Shown: positions 28,310 through 39,780 of the stretch, one piece after another
How the letters are laid out: each line of letters begins with the position of its first letter
How positions within the stretch are numbered: the first letter of the stretch is position 1
From: Emergencia sp.
GTDB taxonomy: Bacteria; Bacillota; Clostridia; Peptostreptococcales; Anaerovoracaceae
NCBI GenBank assembly: GCA_051882975.1
Contig: JBJESV010000094.1
Location: 4,194-68,193, forward strand
Direction: 5' to 3'
DNA length: 64,000 bases
Notes under the pieces: model-generated
Told to the model about the DNA's origin: nothing
Databases searched by the model: none
The model's input: the letters and a program-made list of their open reading frames with translations, nothing else
Position numbers and translations under genes: made by a program

Positions 28310-30628
28310 TTATTTCACCAGCGCCTCTTTCAGAGCACTGTCCACATTGTCGATCAGAACGAATTCCAGCTGTTTTCTGACTGCAGACGGAATTTCATCG
28401 ATGTCCGGTTCGTTGTCCTTCGGCAGCAGGATTTTCCGGATACCTGCCCGGTGAGCAGCCAGAACCTTTTCTCTGATTCCACCTACAGGCAGCACTTTGC
28501 CGCGAAGGGTAATCTCCCCTGTCATGGCCACATCCCTTCTCACAGGGATTCCTGTCAGAGTGGAGATGACTGCCGTGCACATGGTCACGCCTGCTGAAGG
28601 ACCGTCCTTAGGCACCGCACCCTCCGGAACGTGAACATGGATATCGTATTTCTTGTAGAAATCCTCCTCGATACCCAGTTTGTCCGCAACCGAACGGATA
28701 TAGCTGATGCCTGCCTTGGCGGATTCCTGCATCACATCTCCCAGCTGACCGGTCAGAACAAGCTTGCCGCTGCCCGCCACCGCCGTGGTCTCGATCTGCA
28801 GGGTATCGCCTCCGACAGCAGTCCATGCCAGTCCGGTTGTGACACCGATCTGGTTTTCCCCTTCGACCATGTCATAGTGATACCTGTGCTTGCCCAGATA
28901 TTTCTCCAGATTGGAAGGAGAAATGCTGTAGCTCTTCGCCTTGCCGGTAACGATCTTGCGCGCAACCTTTCTGCAGAGATTTGCGATCTCTCTTTCCAGG
29001 TTTCTTACGCCGGATTCTCTCGTGTAATAGTTGATCAGATCCCGTACGGCTTTTTCGGAGATCTTTATATTTTCTTTCTTCAGACCGTGTTCTCTGATCT
29101 TTTTCGGGATCAGATACTTCTGAGCGATCTTCACCTTTTCCTCTTCCGTATATCCCGGCACCTCTACCACTTCCATTCTGTCCAGAAGAGGACGCGGAAT
29201 GGTATCCGTGGAGTTTGCCGTGGTGATGAACATGACTTTCGACAGATCGAAAGGCACCTCCAGGAAATGATCTGTAAAGGTGTTGTTCTGTTCCGGATCC
29301 AGAACCTCCAGCAGCGCCGAGGCAGGATCTCCCTTGAAGTCAGCGCCGATCTTGTCTACTTCGTCGAAGAGGAAGACCGGATTATTGGTGCCTGCATCCT
29401 TCAGGCAGGAGATGACTCTGCCCGGGATAGCGCCGATATAGGTTCTTCTGTGTCCACGGATCTCTGCCTCATCGCGTACACCGCCGAGAGACATTCTGAC
29501 AAACTCCCTGCCGGAAGCTCTCGCGATGGATTTTGCTATGGAAGTCTTTCCTACTCCCGGCGGACCTACAAGGCACAGAATCGGCCCCTTGATCGCCTTG
29601 GACAGATGGATGACCGCCAGATATTCCAGGACTCTTTCTTTTACCTTGTCGAGGCCGTAGTGATCCTCATCGAGGATCTTCTCCGCTTTCTTCAGGTTGA
29701 CGTTCACCCTGGATGAAGTGTTCCACGGCAGCGCCAGTATGGTCTCCACATAGTTTCTGATGACCGTGGCCTCTGCAGAGGACGGCATCATCTTTGAAAA
29801 CTTGCTGATTTCCTTTTTGACCTTATCCTGGGTCTTCTCAGGAAGCTTCAGCTCCTCCAGCTGCTTCAGCCAGTCTGCGGCCTCGATGCCGGCATCCTCG
29901 TTGACGCCCAGTTCTTCCTGAATTGCCTTCATTTTCTCCCTGAGGAAATATTCCTTCTGATTGTTGTCGATGCTTTCCTTCACCTTCTGGGAAAGTTCTC
30001 TCTCGATAGCGGCGATTTCGTTTTCTTCCGCTATGATGGAAGTCAGAACCCTGATTCTGGCGGCAAAATCCAGTTCCTCCAGCACGGTCTGCTTCTTTTC
30101 CACAGTGATGATCATCTGGTCGGCAATCTTGTCGGCGATGGCATTCTCCAGGGTTCCGGAGAGGACTTTGTCCACCGTGTCATCGTTGATCTGTCCTGTC
30201 AGAGCCGCGTACTCGACAAATCCGTCCGTAAGTACGCGCATGGCTGCCTTCTCCTCCAGAGAAAGCTGATCCGGCAGGATGTTCTCGTAGATTTCTCTGA
30301 CACTGCAGGACATATATTCATCTTCAGAAAGCTCCCCGGTAATTTCCGCTCTGCAGATACCTTCTGCCAGCACCCGGATCGCATCTCCCTGTATCTTCAG
30401 CATCTGTCTTACCCTGATCACAGTACCGACAGTATAGATATCATCAAAAGTCGGGATCAGAACACTGTCGTTTTTCTGGCTGGAGACAAACAGAAGCTTA
30501 TCAGAGGCCATCGCCTTTTCCAGAGCCCTGATGGACTTTTCTCTTCCTATATCGAAATGCACGACTGTATTCGGAAAAATCGACAGCCCTCTGAGCGGGA
30601 TACAAGGATATATTCTCTCTTCACTCAT
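28310..30628 (-). CDS. lon: ATP-dependent protease La
   Basis: LON N-domain, [16 protein letters not shown] catalytic Ser motif, PVGGIREK. Confidence 0.98.
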   Translation of the reverse strand: MSEERIYPCIPLRGLSIFPNTVVHFDIGREKSIRALEKAMASDKLLFVSSQKNDSVLIPTFDDIYTVGTVIRVRQMLKIQGDAIRVLAEGICRAEITGELSEDEYMSCSVREIYENILPDQLSLEEKAAMRVLTDGFVEYAALTGQINDDTVDKVLSGTLENAIADKIADQMIITVEKKQTVLEELDFAARIRVLTSIIAEENEIAAIERELSQKVKESIDNNQKEYFLREKMKAIQEELGVNEDAGIEAADWLKQLEELKLPEKTQDKVKKEISKFSKMMPSSAEATVIRNYVETILALPWNTSSRVNVNLKKAEKILDEDHYGLDKVKERVLEYLAVIHLSKAIKGPILCLVGPPGVGKTSIAKSIARASGREFVRMSLGGVRDEAEIRGHRRTYIGAIPGRVISCLKDAGTNNPVFLFDEVDKIGADFKGDPASALLEVLDPEQNNTFTDHFLEVPFDLSKVMFITTANSTDTIPRPLLDRMEVVEVPGYTEEEKVKIAQKYLIPKKIREHGLKKENIKISEKAVRDLINYYTRESGVRNLEREIANLCRKVARKIVTGKAKSYSISPSNLEKYLGKHRYHYDMVEGENQIGVTTGLAWTAVGGDTLQIETTAVAGSGKLVLTGQLGDVMQESAKAGISYIRSVADKLGIEEDFYKKYDIHVHVPEGAVPKDGPSAGVTMCTAVISTLTGIPVRRDVAMTGEITLRGKVLPVGGIREKVLAAHRAGIRKILLPKDNEPDIDEIPSAVRKQLEFVLIDNVDSALKEALVK

Positions 30629-30681
30629 ATGCTTTTTCTCCTCCCTTTAACAATAACAAGGCGACATAAGCCGCCTGTATA

Positions 30682-31956
30682 TTATGAGGCGTCTGCCTCG
30701 TTATTCTCCGTTGTGTTGTCGCAGAGAACCAGAGACGGCTCCTGCTCTTCTTCTATGACGGCACGGGTGATGACGCACTTTTTCACGTCATCCCTGGACG
30801 GAATATCAAACATGATGTCCGTCATGGCTTTTTCAAAAATGCTTCGCAGTCCTCTTGCTCCTGTCTTCCGTTCAATGGCCTTTCTGGCGATGGCGCTGAC
30901 CGCATCTTCTTCGATCTCCAGCTCCACATTGTCCAGGGCGAACAGCTTCCTGTACTGCTTGATCAGAGCATTTTTCGGTTCTTTCATGATTCTCACAAGA
31001 GCATCCTCCGTCAGTTCCTCCAAAGTGACGATGACAGGAAGTCTGCCGATGAATTCAGGAATCAGACCGAATTTCAGAAGATCCTCAGGCTGAATATGGG
31101 ACAGCAGGTTCTCTTCTTCTTTTTTTGTTCTGACGAACTCGGAGTTGAAACCGATCACCCTTTCGCCCATCCTTCTCTGTATGATATTCTCCAGTCCGTC
31201 AAATGCTCCGCCGCAGATGAACAGGACATTGCTCGTGTCAAACTGGATGAATTCCTGATGAGGATGCTTTCTTCCGCCCTGAGGAGGCACATTTGCGACC
31301 GTCCCTTCCAGGATTTTCAGAAGAGCCTGCTGCACGCCTTCTCCGCTGACATCCCGCGTGATGGACGGATTATCGGATTTTCTGGCGATCTTATCGATCT
31401 CATCCACATAGATGATGCCCTTCTGGGCCTTTTCTATATCGTAATCTGCCGCCTGAAGCAGACGAAGCAGAATGTTTTCCACGTCTTCACCTACATAACC
31501 TGCTTCTGTCAGGGCTGTGGCATCAGCGATGGCAAAAGGCACGTTGAGGATTCTGGCCAGAGTCTGGGCCAGAAGCGTCTTGCCGGAACCGGTAGGTCCG
31601 ATCATGACGATGTTGCTCTTGGAAAGTTCCACATCCTTATCTTTGTCGGCAAGACCGTTGATTCTTTTGTAATGGTTGTAGACTGCTACGGCAAGGGCTT
31701 TCTTGGCCGCGTCCTGCCCGATGACATAATCTGACAGGGTATCGAAGATCTCTTTCGGCTTCGGCAGCTCGTAGCTGATGTTCTCCGTCGTCGCTTCAGA
31801 TTCCCTGATGGCGTCGGTAACGATGTCCATGCACATTTCCACACACTCGTCGCAGATGTACACACCCGGCCCTGCGACCAGACGTCTCACCTGGCTCTGC
31901 GGTTTTCCGCAGAAAGAGCATCTCAGCTGTTTGTTATCATCGTATTTGTCTGACAT
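30682..31956 (-). CDS. clpX: Clp protease ATP-binding subunit ClpX
   Basis: CSFCG...ICDEC zinc finger, [18 protein letters not shown]. Confidence 0.98.
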   Translation of the reverse strand: MSDKYDDNKQLRCSFCGKPQSQVRRLVAGPGVYICDECVEMCMDIVTDAIRESEATTENISYELPKPKEIFDTLSDYVIGQDAAKKALAVAVYNHYKRINGLADKDKDVELSKSNIVMIGPTGSGKTLLAQTLARILNVPFAIADATALTEAGYVGEDVENILLRLLQAADYDIEKAQKGIIYVDEIDKIARKSDNPSITRDVSGEGVQQALLKILEGTVANVPPQGGRKHPHQEFIQFDTSNVLFICGGAFDGLENIIQRRMGERVIGFNSEFVRTKKEEENLLSHIQPEDLLKFGLIPEFIGRLPVIVTLEELTEDALVRIMKEPKNALIKQYRKLFALDNVELEIEEDAVSAIARKAIERKTGARGLRSIFEKAMTDIMFDIPSRDDVKKCVITRAVIEEEQEPSLVLCDNTTENNEADAS

Positions 31957-31968
31957 ACCTATCCCCCT

Positions 31969-32550
31969 TTATTTCGATGTGATGACTTTATCGATGAGGC
32001 CGTAGGCTTCCGCCTCCTGAGCGCTCATGAAGTTGTCTCTGTCTGTATCTTTTTCGATGGCCGCAAGCTCCTGACCGGTATTCTCGCTGAGAATACGGTT
32101 CAGCTTCTCCTTTGTCTTCAGAATCCATTCCGCATGGATCTTGATGTCGGAGGCCTGCCCCTTCGCTCCGCCGAGAGGCTGATGAATCATGATCTCAGCA
32201 TTCGGCAGCGCATATCTCTTACCCTTTGTTCCCGAGGACAGCAGGAATGCTCCCATGCTGGCGGCGAGTCCGACACAGATGGTTGACACATCGCACCTGA
32301 TATACTGCATGGTGTCATAAATAGCCATGCCGGCGGTCACACTGCCGCCGGGGCTATTGATGTATATACAGATATCTTTGTCGGGGTCCTCTGCTTCCAG
32401 AAAGAGCAGCTGCGCTACGACCAGACTGGCGATATGATCGTCGATCTCATCGCTGAGAAAGATGATTCTGTCCTTCAGAAGTCTGGAATAGATATCGTAG
32501 GAACGCTCTCCTCTGCTGGTCTGTTCGACCACATATGGTACTAAAGCCAT
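31969..32550 (-). CDS. clpP: Clp protease proteolytic subunit
   Basis: [35 protein letters not shown]. Confidence 0.98.
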   Translation of the reverse strand: MALVPYVVEQTSRGERSYDIYSRLLKDRIIFLSDEIDDHIASLVVAQLLFLEAEDPDKDICIYINSPGGSVTAGMAIYDTMQYIRCDVSTICVGLAASMGAFLLSSGTKGKRYALPNAEIMIHQPLGGAKGQASDIKIHAEWILKTKEKLNRILSENTGQELAAIEKDTDRDNFMSAQEAEAYGLIDKVITSK

Positions 32551-32590
32551 GTTTTCTCCCCCTTTATTTCACTCTGTTTTTCTGTAGTTT

Positions 32591-33934
32591 TTATTTTTCT
32601 TCAGCTTCCTCAGCTGCCTCTGCTTCAGGTTCTTCTTCCTTCGGCTCAACCATGGTCACCTTGGCATTGTCATATAACAGGTCGATGACCTTCTTCAGCT
32701 GGATGTCTTTCTTGAAGAACGGCATATTGGCCTCGCCGATCATCTTTCTCATCTGCTCGGCATCCGTATTGTATACAAGGGCCATATCCTTCAGTTCTGC
32801 TTCCAGTTCCTCCTCGGATACTTCCAGTTTTTCAGCCTCAACGATGGACATCAGAACAACTCTGGTCACAACCTTTCTGGTTGCATCCTCTCTCAGCTCT
32901 TCTCTGAATTCGTGGACTTCCTTCTGCATGAACTGCAGATACTGCTCCAGGGACAGTCCCTGATATCTCAGCTGCTGATCCAGTTCCTGAGCCATGCGGT
33001 CGATCTCGTCCTCAACCATGACTCTCGGAACGTCAACCTTGTTTGCCTCATAAACCTTGTCGATGACCGCATCCTTTGCCGCGTTCAGGGCCTGTGTGTC
33101 AGCATTCTTCTGTAGTCTTTCCTCAGTTGCTTTCTTTAATTCATCCAGTGTGTCATATTCGCTGACATCTTTTGCGAACTCGTCATCCAGTTCAGGACGC
33201 TGCTCCTCTTTTACCTCGTGGACCAGGCAGTGGAAAACCGCATCTTTTCCGGCCAGATCTTCTGCATGATATTCTTCCGGGAAGGTTACTTCAACATCCT
33301 TCTTCTCTCCTGCGCTGACACCTACCAGCTGTTCCTCGAAGCCCGGGATGAACATGCCGGAGCCGATCTTCAGCTCCTGATTCTCAGCTGTGCCGCCTTC
33401 GAACTGCTCTTCGCCGACAAAACCGGAATAGTCAAGAATAACAGTATCGCCTTCCTGTACCGGTCTTTCCACGGATACCATTCTGGCGTTTCTCTTCTGC
33501 AGCATCTCGATCTCTCTGTCGACATCCTCTGCCTTCACTTTCATTTCAGTCTGCTCAACTTCCACGCCCATGTAGTCCTTGACTTCAATGACAGGGTATA
33601 CGGGAACCGTAATAGTGATGGTCATCGGCTTGCCTTTTCCGATTTCGGAAAACTCTGCAGCAGGACTGTCGATAACTTCCAGTTCCAGTTCATTGATTGC
33701 AGCCGGATAGCTCTCCTGGAACAGGCTGTTGATAGCATCTTCAAAGAACACGCCTTCACCGTAATGTTTCTCGATGATGCTTCTCGGAGCCTTGCCCTTT
33801 CTGAAGCCGTCGATCAGGAACTGATCCTTGGAAGCCTGATATGCCTTTACGACAGCGGCTTCGAATTCTTCAGCGGTAAAGTCCATGGTAAATTTTACAT
33901 CATTATTTTCTTTGGAAAGAAATGTTGTCTTCAT
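32591..33934 (-). CDS. tig: Trigger factor
   Basis: GFRKGKAP signature, FKBP domain with FIPGFEEQL. Confidence 0.97.
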   Translation of the reverse strand: MKTTFLSKENNDVKFTMDFTAEEFEAAVVKAYQASKDQFLIDGFRKGKAPRSIIEKHYGEGVFFEDAINSLFQESYPAAINELELEVIDSPAAEFSEIGKGKPMTITITVPVYPVIEVKDYMGVEVEQTEMKVKAEDVDREIEMLQKRNARMVSVERPVQEGDTVILDYSGFVGEEQFEGGTAENQELKIGSGMFIPGFEEQLVGVSAGEKKDVEVTFPEEYHAEDLAGKDAVFHCLVHEVKEEQRPELDDEFAKDVSEYDTLDELKKATEERLQKNADTQALNAAKDAVIDKVYEANKVDVPRVMVEDEIDRMAQELDQQLRYQGLSLEQYLQFMQKEVHEFREELREDATRKVVTRVVLMSIVEAEKLEVSEEELEAELKDMALVYNTDAEQMRKMIGEANMPFFKKDIQLKKVIDLLYDNAKVTMVEPKEEEPEAEAAEEAEEK

Positions 33935-34098
33935 TGATATATATCCTCCTAAAATTATAGCAAATCATGTGGCTCAAAAGCCGTATTTTAACATAGAATG
34001 CATATTATTATACACTTTTTGAGCGCTAAAGTAAAGGAAATACAGCAAAAATGACTGCGAAAAACAGCCATTTCTGCTTATTTTTTATAAAATTACGC

Positions 34099-34719
34099 TT
34101 ATTTCATTAAATCAAGGCCTCTTTTATATTTGCTGGTATCTTCCGCTTTCAGATGATACTTTTCGCAGACCTTGTCGCCCAGGGCTTTCATATCCTCCTC
34201 TTCTCCGGAGTAAAGTTCGATCTCCAGTTCAGAAATCGGCGCAGTCTTTCCGCAGCAGACGATCTTGCCTCTGTCAACAGAAAGCTCGCAGATAGACCGG
34301 CCTGTGTCGACACGGACCTGCCTGCGTCTGAAATAGATATCCATCAGCGGCATCAGCTGGCGCTGTCCCACGACTCTGGTCAGAACCTCACACATTTCGC
34401 TCTGATCGAAAATCCGGATATCCGGCGTATGCAGTTTCTCCTCATCGCTGACAGGAACGTTGATTTCTTCTCTCTTATGCATGCCGTCCTCACTGGATCC
34501 GTTCCATTTCAGTGTTGCAACGACCTTGCTTCCCTCCTTCCGGACGCGGAAGGCTATCCCCTCTCTGTACAGTCTGCGGTCCTCTGTGTCAAAGTAGACC
34601 GCGTGCATTTCTATCTCTTCTTCGGTTTTCCGATCTTTTATCTTTTCAAGATATGGGTCTTCAAATATCCTGTCGATGACTGATTCATTATCAATCAGAT
34701 ATTTAAGTTCAATTTCCAT
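34099..34719 (-). CDS. CYTH-domain protein
   Basis: EIELKY, YFDTED, RVRKE, ELEIEL, SKYKRG. Confidence 0.9.
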   Translation of the reverse strand: MEIELKYLIDNESVIDRIFEDPYLEKIKDRKTEEEIEMHAVYFDTEDRRLYREGIAFRVRKEGSKVVATLKWNGSSEDGMHKREEINVPVSDEEKLHTPDIRIFDQSEMCEVLTRVVGQRQLMPLMDIYFRRRQVRVDTGRSICELSVDRGKIVCCGKTAPISELEIELYSGEEEDMKALGDKVCEKYHLKAEDTSKYKRGLDLMK

Positions 34720-34799
34720 AATTCCCTCTTCTTTTCTGTAAGTGTTTCCTCATTTTCGTCATATCGCTCCATATGTTCTACCACAAAAAAGCGATTAAG

Positions 34800-35513
34800 T
34801 CAATAGAATACATCTTCTATAGGATAAAAACCAGGCTTTTTCCCGTTCAGCCAGAGAGCAGCCTCTATGGCGCCTTTTGCAAAGATCTTTTTGGAATAGG
34901 CCGTGTGCCGGATCTCAATCACTTCGTCCTTCAGAGCAAAAATCACCGAGTGCTCCCCAAAGATGGTTCCGGCCCGAACGCTGTGGATGCCGATCTCGTT
35001 TTTACGCTTCTCCTCGCCTTTTCTGCCGCACTTTCTTTCCCGGATCCTGGCAGGATCGCAGGCATCGGCCAGCATGACGGCTGTTCCGCTGGGTGCATCC
35101 ACCTTCTGATTGTGATGCTTTTCTATGATCTCAATGTCGCCCCGGTCTGCAAACAGCGGAGCAGCATAGCTGATGATCTGCCGCAGAGAGTTGATCCCGT
35201 AGGAAAAATTGGAGCTTCTGATCACCGGAGCCCTTTCGCCGAGCTTCAGGATCTTCTCCTCATCCTCCCTGCTGTAACCTGTAGTCGCAAAGACCACCCC
35301 TGTCTTTCCGTTTCTGGCTGAAACGAAACTGACGATGCCCTCCAGGGCGTCAGGATGACTGAAATCGATGATCACGTCCGGACAGGGGATATCGCAGAGG
35401 GTCTCCCCCAGGGCCGGCTCTATGTTGCACACTTTGTCGATGCCCGGATTCTGCAGCGCCATGTCCCGCACGATCCGGCCCATGGTTCCGGTACCGACGA
35501 TGGCAAGATTCAT
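34800..35513 (-). CDS. dapB: 4-hydroxy-tetrahydrodipicolinate reductase
   Basis: GTGTMG, IDFSHP, ATTG, EKHHNQKVDAPSGTA, FAKGA; start trimmed to MNLAIVG. Confidence 0.95.
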   Translation of the reverse strand: MNLAIVGTGTMGRIVRDMALQNPGIDKVCNIEPALGETLCDIPCPDVIIDFSHPDALEGIVSFVSARNGKTGVVFATTGYSREDEEKILKLGERAPVIRSSNFSYGINSLRQIISYAAPLFADRGDIEIIEKHHNQKVDAPSGTAVMLADACDPARIRERKCGRKGEEKRKNEIGIHSVRAGTIFGEHSVIFALKDEVIEIRHTAYSKKIFAKGAIEAALWLNGKKPGFYPIEDVFY

Positions 35514-35558
35514 ATTTCTTCCCCCTTTACGAATAAAATGCACGTTTCCTCATACAGT

Positions 35559-36875
35559 TTATTCGCCGCGGAATGGATTTGCCACTTTTTTCTGAATGGC
35601 GTAGCATACAGGAATCAGGTACAGCATAAAGGCCAGCGGCACCGCCCTGTAATCGATCTGCAGGAAAGCCAGAGGCACTCTGCAGGCCAGCGTCCACGGA
35701 ACCACCGCACAGAGAACGATAACGGAATTCTCTATGTCCATGGCCAGTTCCTCTTTTGATGCGCCCGCCTCTTCATACGGTTTTCTCAGGATATCGCAGC
35801 ACATCATGGAAGCGATGGTCTGGTTGCAGAATACGCATAAGGTCACTATGGAAATCACCACCATAGAACCGAACCGGCCGATCCTGCCGGTCATTTTTTT
35901 GACATAGCCCTGAAGGCCGGCCAGCATGTCAGTGCCGGAGAAGATTCCCGAATAGGTGCTGGAAAGTCCCACAATAAAAACGACTTCTATCATAGAGACC
36001 ATTCCGCCGCCGTTGATGATACCGCCCAGAGGCCCGTCCGTCTCGTAGCCTGTCACCATGGCCTGCAGCAGTTTCAGCAGATCCATATGCTGTACAAAGA
36101 GACTGACGCCCATTCCCGTCACGATGCTCGCAAGCATGGAACGGATCACAGATACGTGAAGAAGTGGAAGCAGCAGCATGCATACCGCCGGAAGAAGACA
36201 CCAGGGTGAAATGGTGAATTCACCCTGCAGTGTGTCCAGGAAACTCTGATCCACGCTGTGGATAGGGTTTAGAAACGACAGGATTCCGTAGGCAGCCGTG
36301 CACAGGAGCAGAGGCACCAGGCCTGTCCGCATCATCATCTTCACATTGCCCATCAGGTCAGTCCGGGTCACATTGGCCACCAGAACCGCACTGGAAGACA
36401 CCGGAGATCCCCTGTCTCCGAAATAGATTCCGCTGAAAATCACTGCAGCTGTCATCACTTCGCTGACGCCTCCGCTTCTCGCCAGGGCCATGAAGATGAC
36501 CCCTACAGTGCCTGCAACACCGAAGGACGTGCCCAGAGCATAAGAAAGCAGGCAGCAGAGCAGAAATGTGATCAGCAGAAACAGCGGCGGTGTAATCATG
36601 CGGATTCCGTAATATACGAAAAAGGCGATGGTTCCTGATGCCCGCCACACAGCCGTGATAAATCCGATGATGAACATGACTTCCACGACCACGATGGCGT
36701 CTTTCAGTCCGGATGCGCCCATTCTGCCGATCTCCCGCACGGAAAATCCTCTATGTACGGCGGTCAGCGCAAAAGCCGCCAGGCCCGCAAAAAGGGCAAT
36801 TACCATGGTGTGTCCTGTCGCGATACACCCCAGCATTGCCCCTGCAAATATCAGAAAACTCCAAACCAGATCCAT
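35559..36875 (-). CDS. NhaC-family Na+/H+ antiporter / amino-acid transporter
   Basis: ALGTSFGVAGTVG, YFGDRGSPVS, CNQT motifs; about 11 TM segments. Confidence 0.85.
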   Translation of the reverse strand: MDLVWSFLIFAGAMLGCIATGHTMVIALFAGLAAFALTAVHRGFSVREIGRMGASGLKDAIVVVEVMFIIGFITAVWRASGTIAFFVYYGIRMITPPLFLLITFLLCCLLSYALGTSFGVAGTVGVIFMALARSGGVSEVMTAAVIFSGIYFGDRGSPVSSSAVLVANVTRTDLMGNVKMMMRTGLVPLLLCTAAYGILSFLNPIHSVDQSFLDTLQGEFTISPWCLLPAVCMLLLPLLHVSVIRSMLASIVTGMGVSLFVQHMDLLKLLQAMVTGYETDGPLGGIINGGGMVSMIEVVFIVGLSSTYSGIFSGTDMLAGLQGYVKKMTGRIGRFGSMVVISIVTLCVFCNQTIASMMCCDILRKPYEEAGASKEELAMDIENSVIVLCAVVPWTLACRVPLAFLQIDYRAVPLAFMLYLIPVCYAIQKKVANPFRGE

Positions 36876-36878
36876 CTT

Positions 36879-37358
36879 TCACTCATCCTCTCTGCGTCTG
36901 CGGAGAAGCTCCTCCACCAGCTGGTCATTGAGCATACGCTGGGTTTCCCGCAGCGCCTCTCTGCCAGGCATATCCGTAAGCTGCATGACCCACAGATACT
37001 TCTTGAAGGTGCAGTTCTCCATCCTTCTCGCCACCGCATTCTGAACATCTGATGCCTTTTCTCTGGCATTGATCAGATAGACTCTCGCGATGATGCCGCT
37101 CTTCAGCCTTTTGATCTCGATCAGACTCTCCACATTGGCAGCAGACAGAATCGCCTCCTTGATCTCACTGGCGATGGTCTGGCCGATGAGCCGCGAACGC
37201 TCGCTGCGCATCAGGATCCAGAATGCTGCGCCGGCCGCTGCCCCCAGAAAACAGCCTGCAGCAGTTCCGAAGCTCCTGTACGTCCCCAGATACATGATTC
37301 CCCCCAGAGGCAGACAGAGCCATTTCAGATATTCAATTATTCTAACTGTTTTTTCCAT
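36879..37358 (-). CDS. Hypothetical membrane protein
   Basis: 159 aa, two N-terminal TM segments; ends 3 nt before the nhaC-like gene. Confidence 0.6.
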   Translation of the reverse strand: MEKTVRIIEYLKWLCLPLGGIMYLGTYRSFGTAAGCFLGAAAGAAFWILMRSERSRLIGQTIASEIKEAILSAANVESLIEIKRLKSGIIARVYLINAREKASDVQNAVARRMENCTFKKYLWVMQLTDMPGREALRETQRMLNDQLVEELLRRRREDE

Positions 37359-37525
37359 TATGCTTCAATACCTCTATTCCTTGATAAGCCTTTTTACGAT
37401 TTGTTAACTATTATATGCGTAAACAGACATAATGTCAAAGGAAAAGTCAAAGTTTATATTGCCCGCATTTTGTGGTAAAATTACTTCAGAATATCTTTGA
37501 AATATTTCCAGGAGGACATTTGTTT

Positions 37526-38188
37526 ATGAAAATCAACCGGTATATAGATCACACGCTCCTGAAGCCGGAAGCATCTCCGGATCAGATCCTGCAGCTGTGC
37601 AGAGAGGCCGTCCAGTGGGATTTTTACGCAGTATGCGTCAATTCCTGCTATGCTTCTTTTGCAAAAGAGGCGCTTCAGGGGAAGGATGTGGCCGTTGCAT
37701 GCGTGGTCGGGTTTCCCCTGGGTGCATGCACCTCTGCCTCAAAAGCCTTTGAAACCCGGGAGGCCTGCATGGCCGGCGCTTCGGAAATCGACATGGTTCT
37801 CAATATCGGTCTTCTGAAAGCCGGAAGGGACCAGGCCGTCTGCGATGATATCCGGGCCGTGGTCTGCGCTGCCGGAGAATACGGAGCAAAGGTCAAGGTC
37901 ATTCTGGAGACCTGTCTGCTGACCGATGACGAGATAGTCAGAGCCTGCGCGCTGGCAGAAAAGGCCGGCGCCCATTTCGTCAAGACCTCCACCGGCTTTT
38001 CCACAGGAGGCGCGACGGTCCGCCACGTGGCGCTGATGCGCAGCTGTGTAGGAGACAGACTGGGCGTCAAAGCCTCCGGCGGCATTCGTGATCTGGAAAC
38101 GGCTCTTGCCATGATAAGAGCAGGCGCCGACAGAATCGGCGCCAGTGCCGGAGTATCCATTATGAATCAGCTGAAGCGGCAGGAATAA
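37526..38188 (+). CDS. deoC: Deoxyribose-phosphate aldolase
   Basis: [40 protein letters not shown]; start trimmed to MKINRY behind GGAGG. Confidence 0.96.
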   Translation: MKINRYIDHTLLKPEASPDQILQLCREAVQWDFYAVCVNSCYASFAKEALQGKDVAVACVVGFPLGACTSASKAFETREACMAGASEIDMVLNIGLLKAGRDQAVCDDIRAVVCAAGEYGAKVKVILETCLLTDDEIVRACALAEKAGAHFVKTSTGFSTGGATVRHVALMRSCVGDRLGVKASGGIRDLETALAMIRAGADRIGASAGVSIMNQLKRQE

Positions 38189-38228
38189 CCTGCCGCTTCT
38201 GATTTTCCCGAGTGTATCTGCGCTGCAC

Positions 38229-39317
38229 TCAGGATATGTAGTCATCGTTGAGACCGTTTTTCTGGAAATAGGTGTTGAGGAATTCCAGGTACTCTGCCAT
38301 ATTGGTCATCGGTTCGTCTGTATACGGATTGATATATCCCTCAGCTGTGTCAGGATACAGGAAACCATAGAAACCGAGAATCTGCGAGATCTTCTCACTG
38401 GCACTGTATGAGGTATCTGCCCAGAAGTCGCTGTACTCCTCGTGGAGGAAGGACACTGCCGCGTCCAGATCTTTCTCCCCCATGTAATTCTGCACAAAGC
38501 GGTCAGCCTCTTCTGTGACCTCTTCTTCCGAAGATTCCACGTATTCTTCACCCCATGAGTCGTCCAGCCCTGTATCAAAGAGGAGGTCTGCTGTATCCAT
38601 GGCAGTGTCGAAGATCTGCTGGTCCAGATCCCTGGTGAACGCGTAATTGTAGCCTTCGTAGCCGTCATAGTCATCATAGTCGGTGTAATCGTAATCATAG
38701 TCATAGAACGGATCGCTGCCGTCGCACATGGTCATGAACACGCCGCTCAATACGATGATGATCCCCACCGCGAGGCTGATTCCCTTTGCCTTTGCCGTTT
38801 CCCCGCTCTTCGCCCTTTTCTTCCGGGCGGGCCTGGCCGGCGCATAGCTGACGGTACGAGGTTTCTCTTCAGATCTGTCTTCCGGCGAGTCGGAGCGGCT
38901 GAAAAGACTTCCCTTTTCTTCGTCTTCGATACGGTCTTTTCGTTTCTCGTTCGCTTCAATTCTCTTTTTCAGCTGATTTCTCCGCTGCCTGTCTTCCTCC
39001 CGGTGCATGGCGGCATGCTTTTTCTGCATGCTGTCTTCCGCACCGCTTCCGGAGGATCTGCGGTCACTGCCGCTGTTCCCGCTGCTGTAATCCGTATTTC
39101 TGTCAAAATCATCCCGAGCGTAGATGCTCTGCGTTCCGGCCCTGCTGTACGCATCCGCATAGGCTTCTTTCAGTTCTGCGATCTTTCGCCTCACATAGTC
39201 CGGATCATCTTCATAGTCAGAAGATTTATATTTTTGAAGGCGGCGCTCGTAAGCCGCCTTGACCTCATCTTTGCTTGCGTCTTCTCTCAGTCCCAGTAAT
39301 GCAAAACTTCTGTTCAT
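38229..39317 (-). CDS. Membrane protein with an N-terminal J-like domain lacking HPD
   Basis: FALLGLREDASKDEVKAAY...KYKSSD...ELKEAY aligns by eye with J-domains; one TM; Asp/Tyr-rich C-terminal region; start at MNRSF behind GAAGGAG. Confidence 0.65.
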   Translation of the reverse strand: MNRSFALLGLREDASKDEVKAAYERRLQKYKSSDYEDDPDYVRRKIAELKEAYADAYSRAGTQSIYARDDFDRNTDYSSGNSGSDRRSSGSGAEDSMQKKHAAMHREEDRQRRNQLKKRIEANEKRKDRIEDEEKGSLFSRSDSPEDRSEEKPRTVSYAPARPARKKRAKSGETAKAKGISLAVGIIIVLSGVFMTMCDGSDPFYDYDYDYTDYDDYDGYEGYNYAFTRDLDQQIFDTAMDTADLLFDTGLDDSWGEEYVESSEEEVTEEADRFVQNYMGEKDLDAAVSFLHEEYSDFWADTSYSASEKISQILGFYGFLYPDTAEGYINPYTDEPMTNMAEYLEFLNTYFQKNGLNDDYIS

Positions 39318-39523
39318 TTTCTTCTCCTTCATGGCTGCCGGTTACAGGCATGGGTACTGCAACGATTAAACGGTTAACTATATTATATAGTACTTCCGGC
39401 AATGCGTCCACTGCAAATTTCACGATCCGCGCACGCCGCTCCAGTATCCGGACAGTTCCTGAATCCGGACATGAAAAAAGAGTGTCCGCTGCGGGAACAT
39501 CTCCCGTAAAGAACACTCTCTGC

Positions 39524-39599
39524 TGGTCGGAGTAGTCAGGCTCGAACTGACGGCCTCTGCGTCCCGAACACAGCGCGCTACCAACTGCGCCATACCCCG
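39524..39599 (-). tRNA. tRNA-Pro(CGG)
   Basis: CGGGGTATGGCGCAGTTGGTAGCGCG-CTGTG-TTCGGGA-CGCAG...CTCCGACCA. Confidence 0.95.
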
Positions 39600-39645
39600 G
39601 CAACAGAATATATCATATCATACCTTTTGGAAAAAGAAAAGCCCC

Positions 39646-39659
39646 TTTTTTTTTTTTTT
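39646..39659. repeat. T14 homopolymer upstream of tRNA-Pro
   Basis: 14 consecutive T (A14 on the transcribed strand). Confidence 0.9.
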
Positions 39660-39780
39660 GTCTGATTCCGGTCTGCAGCAGGGTTTTCCCCGCAGCTTCT
39701 GCACAGTAAGAAGACCATGAGGATCGTCTTTCTCATGGTCCTTTAATCTCACCCCAATACCCCCTGAGGATTGGAATTCA

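Noticed and set aside
34800-37525. Lysine riboswitch or T-box ahead of the nhaC-dapB run
   Set aside because: The upstream intergenic space is short and AT-rich; no recognisable aptamer or T-box motif seen.
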